A stretch of 45,352 bases of DNA from an uncultured Gemmatimonadota bacterium (lineage in GTDB: Bacteria; Blakebacterota; Blakebacteria; Blakebacterales; Blakebacteraceae): assembly GCA_964576115.1 (NCBI GenBank), contig CAZNUA010000029.1, positions 1 through 45,352 of the forward strand, written 5' to 3'. Positions within the stretch are counted from its first letter, which is position 1, and each line of letters starts with the position of its first letter. This document shows positions 17,741-27,095 of this stretch, in pieces. Position numbers and translations under genes: made by a program. The notes beneath the pieces were generated by a model. That model did not search any database. It was not told where the DNA came from and worked only from the letters and a program-made list of their open reading frames with translations.

Positions 17741-20410
17741 ATGAGGGCAGGGGAGAAGTGGCGACCGCTGCTGAGGCGCGAAGATACCCGGGAGCAGATC
17801 ACCCGGAATATCGACGCCGAGTTCAACACTCACCTTGAAATGCGCATCAAACAGCTCATGGACGAGGGTCTGAGCGAGGAAGATGCCCGAGCCCGGGCCG
17901 AGAGCCTGCTCGGAGATGCCGGACCGGCAGCCCGTCTGTGCGAGCGGACCGACCGCACCTGGCTCGTGCGCGAGCGGGTGGGGCACTTTCTTGGTTCGAT
18001 CGTGAGCGATACGGTCTATGCACTGCGCATTTTCCGGACCAGCCCGCTTTTCGCCTGTATGGCCGCCCTGTGCCTGGCGGTCGGGATCACCTTCATCACC
18101 GTGACCTACACCATCCTCGATGACACTCTCATCCATCCACTGCCCTTCGAAGATGCCGACGAGCTGGTTATGGTCGGTCAGGTGGATACCGTCCCGGCGG
18201 ACTGGAACTGGATGTGGTCCTCCCATCCCGACTTCCTGGACTGGGAGGAGCAGAACCACGTTTTCGAACACCTGGCCCTCTTCAGCTGGTCCGGGGCCTC
18301 CATCACCGATCTCGATGAGCCCGTGCGCGTCTCCACCAGCGAGGTCACGATCGGGTTCGCAGATGTCCTCAAGGTCGCTCCGCTATTGGGACGGGACTTT
18401 GTGCCGGCGGACTATCTGCCGGGAGCCGAACCGGTCGCCCTGATCGGTCACGGTCTCTGGCAGCGTGCCTTCGGCGGTGATCCCGCCGTCATCGGCCGCT
18501 GGATCACCCTGGACGGGGAGAGCCGTCATCAGATTGTGGGCGTCATGCCGCCTCATTTCAGCTTTCCCGATTTCCGGGAGCTGTGGATCCCGTTCATGCG
18601 GGAGGAGCCCGGCCCACGCACGATGGACAACTTCATCACTTTCGGCCGGCTGCGTGACGGCGTGTCGTTGGATGCGGCCGGGGCGGAGATGCGCCAGATC
18701 GGTGCCCGTCTGATCGAAGAGTACCCGGAGAACGAAGAGCGGGGTGACGTACGGGTGGTCCCGTTCGGGCCGTTCCTCTTTCGACCTCTGCGCACGCCGC
18801 TTCTGGTCATCTTCATCGTGGCCTGTCTGGTGCTGCTGCTGGCCTGCTCGAACCTGGCCAACCTGATGCTCAGCCGGACAGCCGGCCGGACCCGCGAACT
18901 CTCGGTCCGGGCCGTCCTCGGTGCCGGACGGGGCCGTCTCATCCAGCAGGTCATGATCGAATGCCTGGTCATCGCCCTGGCGGGGGGGGTAGTCGGGGTC
19001 GTGCTGGGGCGTCTGGGTCTGAACCTGTTGCTCTCGAACATGCCGCGGGAAGTGCCGGGATTCATGCAGTTCGAGATGAATCTGCAGGTGCTGGCTGCGC
19101 TGACCGGGATCGTGATAACGGCCGGCTTCATATTCGGATTGGCGCCGGCGCTGGCCGTGCGTCGGGGCGCCCTGGGAACCGCCCTGCGCAGTGACACCGT
19201 CCGGATGAGCTCAGGGAAAAGGCACGCCCTGTTCCGATCCTCTCTGGTCGGCTTTCAGATCACGCTGGCGACGGTGATCCTGGCTGTGACCGGCCTGATG
19301 GTGAGAAGCCATCTCGAAAGCCGGACGCAACGGCTCGGGGTTGATAGCGAACGTCTGCTCGGACAGAATCTGGGGCTGCCGGAGTGGGCCTACCCGGCGC
19401 GGGAGAGCCGTCAGGCGTTCTTCCGCGAAGCGGTGGAGAGACTGTGCAACACCCCCGGGATCGAAAACGCCGCCTTTATCTCCGTAGCTCCGGCAGCCAG
19501 AAATGATATGCGTGAAACCGTCTGCACCAGCGAATCGGCCGCCAACAGCGATCGGCCGTACCTCGTTTCCCGTCTCCGGATCGTCTCTCCCGGCTGGTTC
19601 GCCACCGCCGGGATCCCTCTGCTCGCCGGCCGGAATTTTACTGAGGCGGATCTGACCGAGAGCCGGAATGTCGCTCTGGTCAACGAATCATTGGCCCGCC
19701 TCCTCTGGGGCGATGAAGATCCAGTCGGCCGCAATTTCTTCATGTCACGTGAACCCGATCCCGAATGGATCCATGATGTCGTCGGCGTGGTCGGCAATGT
19801 CAGACACGGTGGACCGGCGGAAGAAGCCGGACCGTGTTTCTACCTGCCGCACAGTCTGAACTATACCCGCTCCGGCGGGTGGCTGGTCGTACGCGCATCA
19901 GGAGATCCTCAGGCCCTGGCACCGGTGGTGCGTGAAGTCATCCGCGATCTGGATCCGCAGCTGGCCACGATCGCTCCCCAGACGATCATCGATCTGGCCC
20001 GGGAGAGGAACTGGCAGACTATCCTCTTCGCCTGGATCCTCGGTGTCATCGCCGTCTTCGCGCTCGTGCTGGCGCTGCTGGGGATCATCGGCGTCGTCGC
20101 GTATGCGGTGACCAACCGGCGACACGAGTTCGGCATCCGCCTGGCGCTGGGGGCCAGCGCCGGGTCGGTCGTACGGAGCATTCTCCGCCAGGGAGCGGCA
20201 ATGGCGGGAACCGGGATCGCCGCCGGTATGGTCGTGGCTCTCGCCGCCGTTCGTTTCCTCTCGGGCATGGTGGCGGGAACCAGCACCCGCGATCCGGCGG
20301 TCTATGCCGTCATCATCGTGATCCTGGCCATGACCACCCTGCTGGCCAGCTGGCTGCCGGCCCGCCGGATCGGTCGGATCGATCCGGTCGAGGTACTGCG
20401 GGAGGAATGA
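17741..20410 (+). CDS. ADOP duplicated permease copy 3 (889 aa)
   Basis: Same architecture and length as copies 1 and 2. Confidence 0.92.
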   Translation: MRAGEKWRPLLRREDTREQITRNIDAEFNTHLEMRIKQLMDEGLSEEDARARAESLLGDAGPAARLCERTDRTWLVRERVGHFLGSIVSDTVYALRIFRTSPLFACMAALCLAVGITFITVTYTILDDTLIHPLPFEDADELVMVGQVDTVPADWNWMWSSHPDFLDWEEQNHVFEHLALFSWSGASITDLDEPVRVSTSEVTIGFADVLKVAPLLGRDFVPADYLPGAEPVALIGHGLWQRAFGGDPAVIGRWITLDGESRHQIVGVMPPHFSFPDFRELWIPFMREEPGPRTMDNFITFGRLRDGVSLDAAGAEMRQIGARLIEEYPENEERGDVRVVPFGPFLFRPLRTPLLVIFIVACLVLLLACSNLANLMLSRTAGRTRELSVRAVLGAGRGRLIQQVMIECLVIALAGGVVGVVLGRLGLNLLLSNMPREVPGFMQFEMNLQVLAALTGIVITAGFIFGLAPALAVRRGALGTALRSDTVRMSSGKRHALFRSSLVGFQITLATVILAVTGLMVRSHLESRTQRLGVDSERLLGQNLGLPEWAYPARESRQAFFREAVERLCNTPGIENAAFISVAPAARNDMRETVCTSESAANSDRPYLVSRLRIVSPGWFATAGIPLLAGRNFTEADLTESRNVALVNESLARLLWGDEDPVGRNFFMSREPDPEWIHDVVGVVGNVRHGGPAEEAGPCFYLPHSLNYTRSGGWLVVRASGDPQALAPVVREVIRDLDPQLATIAPQTIIDLARERNWQTILFAWILGVIAVFALVLALLGIIGVVAYAVTNRRHEFGIRLALGASAGSVVRSILRQGAAMAGTGIAAGMVVALAAVRFLSGMVAGTSTRDPAVYAVIIVILAMTTLLASWLPARRIGRIDPVEVLREE

Positions 20411-20612
20411 GGGGCCCGGCTATCAGCGGGAGGTCGACACCCTGGCACGCCTCCGGCCGCCACCGCGAAGCAGCGAAGACGGCGTGCCTCGGGTGAAGCG
20501 GTATCGATTGCTGTTGCCGCAGTCGGACAGTAGAATTCACCTGCGGCGGGTAACTCTCCTTCATCCACGCGCAGACTGTATACCTGCCTTCCTCGAGGCC
20601 GGGAGGGCATGG

Positions 20613-21071
20613 ATGAGTATCTTCGATCCTATTGCAGACACCCTCGGAATCAGCTTCCAGACCCTGCGTTTCGGTTCCGGGCGGCGACGGCAGTTCTGGA
20701 AGGTGCCGACCCCGGCCCGGCTGCTCGAGGCCGCTGACAGGGCTTATGCCCATGCCGACGGCGACCGGGCTGAAGCCCTGCATCTTTTCAATGAATGCTG
20801 CCGCGGGGATCCCGAACTGGCCCGGATGCTCACCGATTCGGCCCTGGGCCGCATCTTCTACGGTAGGCGTCGGCGGAGCCGGAACGTCAAGCTCAGCCGA
20901 GAGTCGCAGGAGCTCGAGAACTGGGTCTGCAAGGCCCTGCGCCGCTGCCGGGGCCAGACACGCCCTGCCGCCCGGATGTTCCGGGAGTGGATGGAGACCG
21001 AACCGCGCCTGGTCGACGAACTTCACCGCTGGGAGATGAACCGTATTCTGGAGGTGGACGAGGGACTCTGA
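20613..21071 (+). CDS. Hypothetical basic helical protein with two internal repeats (152 aa)
   Basis: GGGAGG RBS upstream of ATG 20613; GC3-rich codon usage; fills the gap between ADOP3 and convergent thrC. Confidence 0.6.
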   Translation: MSIFDPIADTLGISFQTLRFGSGRRRQFWKVPTPARLLEAADRAYAHADGDRAEALHLFNECCRGDPELARMLTDSALGRIFYGRRRRSRNVKLSRESQELENWVCKALRRCRGQTRPAARMFREWMETEPRLVDELHRWEMNRILEVDEGL

Positions 21072-21098
21072 ATTCTGGAGGTGGACGAGGGACTCTGA
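21045..21098 (+). repeat. Perfect 27-bp tandem duplication
   Basis: attctggaggtggacgagggactctga at 21045-21071 and 21072-21098. Confidence 0.9.
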
Positions 21099-22813
21099 TC
21101 AGGCCAGCCAGGAGAGCAGAGCCCGCTGCACATCTGCCGGAGAATCCGCGAGAACATCGGGAAAGCGCNNNNNNNNNNNNNNNNNNNNNNNNNNNNNNNN
21201 NNNNNNNNNNNNNNNNNNNNNNNNNNNNNNNNNNNNNNNNNNNNNNNNNNNNNNNNNNNNNNNNNNNNGAGCAGAGCCCGCTGCACATCTGCCGGAGAAT
21301 CCGCGAGAACATCGGGAAAGCGCACCTCAAGTCCGGCCAGGTCGGCCAGCGGCGCCGGAATCGTCTGCCCCGGCGCCAGGTCGAGGATCGCCGGCAGGAG
21401 ATCGGATTCTGGTCGCGCGGCGAGATCGTCGGGCAGGGGTGCGCCGGCCGTCAATCCGCTCAGACCCCGCCAGACGTCGGCTCCGAACTTGGCCCAATGG
21501 GCGGTCGAGACGATCAGCATCGGCCGCCGTCCGCCTAGCTGTTCGGCCGCCGCCCAGGCCACGGCGGTGTGCGGGTCGAGCAGGTAGCCGGTTTCGGCAT
21601 GCACCCTCCCGATCGTCTCCAGGCAGGCGTTGTTGCTGATGGAGGCTCCGACAAAGGCGTCTGTGAGTTCGGCGAAGGTATCCCGATCGAGGGTGAAGCG
21701 GCCCTCGGCCCGCAATGAGTCCGCCCAGGCTCTGACCTGCTCCGGATCGCCGGTCAGCTCGAATAGCAGTCGTTCCACATTGCTCGAGATGAGGATATCC
21801 ATGGCCGGGGAGGGGGTCGGGATGAGCGGTCGGTCGGAGATGTCGTAGGTGCCGGTGACGAGCAGGTCGGTCAGAACGTTGTTTTCGTTGCTGGCGCAGA
21901 GCAGGCGCTCGATCGGCACGCCGAGCCGCCGGGCGTACCAGGCCGCCAGAATGTTGCCGAAGTTGCCGGTCGGCACGCAGACATCGAGCGCGGCCCCGGC
22001 AGCTATCCCCCCCGCGGCCGCCAGGTCGGCGTAAGCCGAGAGATAGTAGACGATCTGCGGCAGCAGCCGGCCCCAGTTGATCGAGTTGGCCGATGAGAGC
22101 AGTACGTTGTGCTCGCGCCGCAGACGGGCGGTGAATCCGGGATCGGTGAAGGTCGCTTTGACGGCGTCCTGGCAGTCGTCGAAGTTCCCGTCGATCCCCC
22201 AGACGGCCACATTGGCTCCGCCCCGGGTGACCATCTGCAGGCGCTGGGTATCCGAAACTCCCGCGGATGGATAGAAGACCGCGATCCGCACCCCGGGTGT
22301 GTCGGCGAAACCCGCCAGGGCGGCGGTACCGGTATCGCCGGAAGTGGCCACCAGGATCAGGTGTTCTTCCGGCCCGTGTCGCCCCGACGCCGACTGAGTC
22401 CTGACCGCTTCGGCGAAGAGCAGCGGCAGGACCTGCAGGGCCATGTCCTTGAAGGCCAGGGTGGGGCCGTGCCAGAGTTCGAGGATGAAGCGGCCGTCGC
22501 CGACCTCGCGCACCGGAGCCGTGGCCGGATCGTCGAAATTCTCGCCGTAGGCCTGGGTCAGAAGGCCGGCCAGGCACTCATCGGGCAGATCGAGCCCGAA
22601 ACGACCGAAAACGGTCCGGGCCCGTTCGGCATAGGGCAGGCCGGCCAGGGCGATGATCTCGTCGAGCGTGAAACGGGGCAGCGACTGCGGAACGTAGAGT
22701 CCCCCCCCGTCGGCGATGCCCCGGATGATCACTTCACAGAAGGTCGGCCGGGAGGGATCGAGGCCGCGAGTGTCGCGGTAGTGTATCGATTCACCCTCCA
22801 CCGGCCGGTACAC
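21099..22813 (-). CDS. thrC: Threonine synthase (false gap inside 3' end)
   Basis: GIADGGGLYVP, LELWHGPTLAFKDMALQ, VATSGDTG, SANSINWGRL, VPTGNFGN, DPHTAV. 21114-21168 equals 21269-21323; collapsing the gap gives ...VQRALLSWLA* ending at 21099. Confidence 0.92.
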
Positions 22814-22867
22814 CCCCTGTTGCTGCTTCGTTTGCTGCGGTGGTGAGACCCGTCTGCGGGCTCCCGC

Positions 22868-24163
22868 TTACCAGTTGAATCCGAACTGTACCCGGGGTTC
22901 GATACGCTTCTGGGTCACATAAGCGGAAGCGTTGTTGCTCCAGACATAGGACCACTCGTAGCGCATCAGGACCGTCATGAAGGGGTAGGGCCGGTAGCCG
23001 ACTTCGGCGATGGTCATGGCGTCTTCATCGAGGGTGAAGAGGTCACCCCCCTCCTGGATGTTCTGCTTGACGAAGAAGGCCTGCAGGGCCACGCCGGGCA
23101 CCAGCTTGTTGGCGTCGGCGTGCAGCACGAATTGATCCCCCAGGCCGCTGTCGCCGGTCTGAAAGTAGGTGCCGCGCAGACTGATGCGGCCGATGACGGT
23201 ACCGACCAGCTCGCCGTACCAGCCGTTGGTCTTCGGTGCGGTGGGCAGGGCGGCCATGATCTCGGTCTTCTTCACGTCCCACAAGGGGCTGATCAGACCG
23301 GCCGTGAAGCCTTCGCCCAGGTGACGCATCTCGAACTTGGCCCCGATCTGGAACAGGCCGGCGATGCCGCGCACGTCGGTGGCGATCCCGTACGCGATAC
23401 CGCTGCCGTGATCCTGGGTATCCCAGTTGCCGATGCTCGAGTAGTCGAAGTAGAGGTACAGGTCGGCCATGTCGACATGCAGGATGGGCTGTTCGAGATC
23501 CAGCCCGATGATGTTGACCGGTTGGGCAAGGAACGCGTCGCGGTCGGTCACGAAAGTGGCCCCGATACCGAAGTTCTTGATGATGGGGATGTTCTTGTCC
23601 AGGAACTGCAGGGGCCGCACGTACCCGCGCCCGCCGTAGAGCTCGCGGCGGCCGAAGTTGCCCAGCAGGGTCTCGAAACCGAACTTGCCGAAGTCGATAT
23701 CGAGCTGCATGCCCCGCTTGGGGTAGTTGTCGTCGACGTTATTGTTGTAGTAGTAGACGGTAAACCCGTGGCCGAGCAGGGTGTTGGACAGCTCACCCAC
23801 CCGCACGTAGAAGGGGTCGCGTTTGACCCCCCAGCGCACGTAGCGGATGATCCGTGCGTAGTCACGGCTGGAATCCCAGTCGATCTCGCGGATCTGCTTC
23901 TCCTCGAGGTCGTAGAGCAGGGGAATGCTCAGCCCCAGGCCCAGTTTGCCGAAGGCGAGCTCGGGCTCGATGTTGAAACTCAGGTAGTTCTTCCCCTCGA
24001 TGGTCGTAAAGCCCGGGCCGAACTGCAGGCTGCCGCCGCTGTTCTGCCCCGGCGGGAGCTGGAACTCGGTGAACTGAGCCCGGACGGAACCGGGGCCTGT
24101 CAGGGTGAAGGTCAGGGCGAGCAGGAGCATCGCTCCGGCGCGGACAGCGGTACGCTTGCTCAT
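22868..24163 (-). CDS. Secreted, probable outer-membrane beta-barrel protein of unknown function
   Basis: Signal peptide (AMLLLALTFTLTGPGSVRA-Q), alternating amphipathic strands, C-terminal PRVQFGFNW; start uncertain (24163 or 24175). Confidence 0.65.
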   Translation of the reverse strand: MSKRTAVRAGAMLLLALTFTLTGPGSVRAQFTEFQLPPGQNSGGSLQFGPGFTTIEGKNYLSFNIEPELAFGKLGLGLSIPLLYDLEEKQIREIDWDSSRDYARIIRYVRWGVKRDPFYVRVGELSNTLLGHGFTVYYYNNNVDDNYPKRGMQLDIDFGKFGFETLLGNFGRRELYGGRGYVRPLQFLDKNIPIIKNFGIGATFVTDRDAFLAQPVNIIGLDLEQPILHVDMADLYLYFDYSSIGNWDTQDHGSGIAYGIATDVRGIAGLFQIGAKFEMRHLGEGFTAGLISPLWDVKKTEIMAALPTAPKTNGWYGELVGTVIGRISLRGTYFQTGDSGLGDQFVLHADANKLVPGVALQAFFVKQNIQEGGDLFTLDEDAMTIAEVGYRPYPFMTVLMRYEWSYVWSNNASAYVTQKRIEPRVQFGFNW

Positions 24164-24366
24164 CGCACACGTCATCACGTCAGGTACCCCCATTTCGGGC
24201 TGAGAGCGGCTGGTACAGGGTGATACGTACGAAGGTAACAGTGTACTGCACACAATCGTGCTTGGCCAGAGACGGAAATATCTCCACCGGTGGCAGTCAG
24301 AGCGCCGGGCGGTGTACCATGTTCGCCGATCGGAGATGGAACGAAGGCAGCTCAAAAGGAACGCGC

Positions 24367-24561
24367 GTGCAGCATTCGGCTTTGATCTACCAGTTTCTCG
24401 TCGGCGGCGTCATCTTCGCATTCGGCGTGATCGTGCCTTTCCGGGCGGGCGATTACTCCCTGCGCCGCCCCGAAGACCGCCGGACAGCGGGATTCATGGT
24501 GGCCGGGGCCATCGCCTATCTGGTCGGCCAGTCTCTCTGGCACGTCCTGGCGGTGGGGTGA
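24367..24561 (+). CDS. Small 2-TM membrane protein preceding SSS transporter (64 aa)
   Basis: AAAGGA RBS, GTG start, two hydrophobic segments, stop 4 nt before SSS start. Confidence 0.7.
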   Translation: MQHSALIYQFLVGGVIFAFGVIVPFRAGDYSLRRPEDRRTAGFMVAGAIAYLVGQSLWHVLAVG

Positions 24562-24565
24562 GAGG

Positions 24566-26275
24566 GTGGAGACGACCACCGTCATCGGCACCCGCCTTGA
24601 CTACTGGGTCATCATTATCTACTTCGTCCTGATCTTCGGCTTCGGATTCACGTTTGCCCGATTCACCCGCACCACCCGCGATTTCTTCTTCGGCGGCCAA
24701 CGCTTTTCGTGGTGGCTCATCACCTTCAGCTGTGTGGCCTCGGTGGTCGGTTCCTACAGCTTCATCAAGTATTCGGCGGCGGGCTTCCGCTACGGGCTTT
24801 CCAGCTCGATGGCCTATCTGAACGACTGGATCGTGATGGGGTTCCTGCTCCTGGGCTGGCTGCCGATTATCTATTTCAATCGGATCATTTCGGTGCCCGA
24901 GTACTTCCGCAGGCGCTTCGACGAGCGGACCGGGGTGATGGCGACGGTGCTGATCATGCTCTACATGGTCGGNNNNNNNNNNNNNNNNNNNNNNNNNNNN
25001 NNNNNNNNNNNNNNNNNNNNNNNNNNNNNNNNNNNNNNNNNNNNNNNNNNNNNNNNNNNNNNNNNNNNNNNNTTCTGGGAGGGTCTGCCCCTGCTGCACC
25101 GGGTGCCGCTGGCGCAGTTCAACGAACCGCACGCCTTCAATTTCGTCGGTATCTTCTGGCAGGACGGGATCTCGAATACATTCGCTCTCTACATGATGAA
25201 CCAGGGTTTCATCCTGCGCTTCCTCTCATTGAAGAGTGTGCGGGAGATCCGGAAGAGCTTTCTGGCACTGATCCTGGTGCTGATGCCCCTGGCCGCCCTG
25301 GCGGTCTCGAACGCCGGCTGGCTGGGTCGTTCGATGGTCAGTGCCGGTCAGCTGCCGGCCGACACCGATCCCAACCAGATCTTCGTCGTCGTGGCAGACC
25401 GCATCTGCGGACCGGGCATGTTCGGCTTCGTCATGGCGGCTCTGACCGCCGCTCTGATGTCGACCGTGGACACGCTCATCAATGCCGTTTCGGCCGTGGC
25501 CGTGAACGACATCTACCGCCCCTATCTGCGCCCCGAAGCAACCGACCGTCACTACCTGGGGGTAGCCCGGGGCGTTTCGCTGGCCGCCGCGGTGTGCGGC
25601 ATCGTGCTGGTGCCGGTCTTTGCCTCGTTCAACTCGATTTACGTGGCCCACGGCGCCTTCACGGCCAGCATCACACCGGCCATGGTGGTCACGATCGTAC
25701 TCGGCGTGTACTGGCGCCGCTATACTCCGCGGGCCGCTTTCTGGACCATGCTCGGGGGCTCGATCCTGGTCGGATTCAGTCTTCTCTGGCCGGTCCTGGT
25801 GACCCCCTTCGGGCACGGAGTGGACCCGGCCGGAGGGTTCAAGTACACCCGGGCTCTCTATGGCCTGGTTGTGAGCGGCGGGATCGCCGTTCTGGTCACT
25901 TTCCTGGCCCGCTCCCGTACGCCGGGGAATACAGATGGGTTGGTGGTGGGGACCCTGGCCCGAGCCAAAGAGATCTTCAAGGGGGCCGAGCCGAACGAGC
26001 GGGAGGGCGGGAAGGCGTCGGGAATCGTGGCGATCGACGAAGACGTCGGCGGGGTCATGATCGCTGCCGTGACCGCCGAGCGCCTGGCCGCCGGGGTCGG
26101 CGACATCGTCTATGTGACCGACGCCCGGCGCTGGCTCGGCGGACTGCGCTCAGTGCACGGTCGGATTGCCGGTCTCGGCACCGGTCCGGCGGACGAGATC
26201 AGGATTTCACCCGAGCTGGTCAGCGAGGGGGGCTTGCTGCCCGGACGACGGCATCGAATCGAAAAGATCATGTGA
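24566..26275 (+). CDS. Sodium:solute symporter family protein (gap 24973-25072)
   Basis: TRDFFFGGQRFSWW, SVPEYFRRRF, GFVMAALTAALMSTVDTLINAVSAVAVNDIY. Confidence 0.9.
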   Translation: METTTVIGTRLDYWVIIIYFVLIFGFGFTFARFTRTTRDFFFGGQRFSWWLITFSCVASVVGSYSFIKYSAAGFRYGLSSSMAYLNDWIVMGFLLLGWLPIIYFNRIISVPEYFRRRFDERTGVMATVLIMLYMVXXXXXXXXXXXXXXXXXXXXXXXXXXXXXXXXXXFWEGLPLLHRVPLAQFNEPHAFNFVGIFWQDGISNTFALYMMNQGFILRFLSLKSVREIRKSFLALILVLMPLAALAVSNAGWLGRSMVSAGQLPADTDPNQIFVVVADRICGPGMFGFVMAALTAALMSTVDTLINAVSAVAVNDIYRPYLRPEATDRHYLGVARGVSLAAAVCGIVLVPVFASFNSIYVAHGAFTASITPAMVVTIVLGVYWRRYTPRAAFWTMLGGSILVGFSLLWPVLVTPFGHGVDPAGGFKYTRALYGLVVSGGIAVLVTFLARSRTPGNTDGLVVGTLARAKEIFKGAEPNEREGGKASGIVAIDEDVGGVMIAAVTAERLAAGVGDIVYVTDARRWLGGLRSVHGRIAGLGTGPADEIRISPELVSEGGLLPGRRHRIEKIM

Positions 26276-26297
26276 ATCCCAGGCAGAGGTACCGGAG

Positions 26298-27095
26298 ATG
26301 AAACGAGAAATGCGGATCCGACTCGCGATGGCGCTCGCGCTCACGGGAGTCCTCGCCGGCTGTGCCCGCCAGGCGCCCGGAGATCCCCGCATCACCGCGC
26401 ACCGCGGGGCTTCGGGGCTGGCTCCGGAGAACACCCTGAGTGCCATGGTGCGGGCTTTCGAGGAGGGCGCCGGGCGCGCCGAACTCGACGTGCAGCTCAC
26501 CGCTGACGGGGTGCTTGTGCTCATGCATGATGGAACCCTGGTTCGAACCGCCGGGGCCGAGGAGCAGGTCTGTGAACTCACCCTGGCCCAACTGCAGGAA
26601 CTCGAGGCGGGAGCGTGGTTTGACGACGAATTCGCCGGCGAACCGATACCGACTCTGGAGCAGGTTATCCGCTGGGCCCGAGGCCGGTTGGTCCTCAATG
26701 TCGAGGTTAAGGTGTCCAGGCCCTCGCCGGAGATCGCCGCCCGGGTGGTGGAACTCATCGTTTCGGAACGGGCGGATTCCTTCTGTTTCATTACCTCCTT
26801 CGACCGGGGCACGGTCGAGGAGGTCAAGCGGTTGGCCCCCGGGCTGCGAACAGGACTCATCTTCGGCTCGGACTATCCCGCGGATGTCTTATCTGCTTCG
26901 TGGGAAATCGTGAGTGCGCACCACGGGATCGTGGATTCGACATTCGTCGCCCGGGCTCACCGGGCCGGGAAAGAGGTCCATGTCTGGACCGTGAACGATC
27001 CCGGACGGATGCGCGACTTACTCCGGCTCGGAGTGGATTCGATCATTACCAACCGGCCCGATATCCTGCGCCAGGTACTCAGCGAGGAAAGCTAG
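26298..27095 (+). CDS. Glycerophosphodiester phosphodiesterase lipoprotein
   Basis: Lipobox LAGC; AHRGASGLAPENT, ELDVQLTADG, MHD, NVEVK, WTVND, GVDSIITNRP. Confidence 0.92.
   Translation: MKREMRIRLAMALALTGVLAGCARQAPGDPRITAHRGASGLAPENTLSAMVRAFEEGAGRAELDVQLTADGVLVLMHDGTLVRTAGAEEQVCELTLAQLQELEAGAWFDDEFAGEPIPTLEQVIRWARGRLVLNVEVKVSRPSPEIAARVVELIVSERADSFCFITSFDRGTVEEVKRLAPGLRTGLIFGSDYPADVLSASWEIVSAHHGIVDSTFVARAHRAGKEVHVWTVNDPGRMRDLLRLGVDSIITNRPDILRQVLSEES

Noticed and set aside
12293-20410. Diversity-generating retroelement acting on ADOP copies
   Set aside because: No reverse transcriptase or template repeat; differences are not adenine-specific and span whole genes
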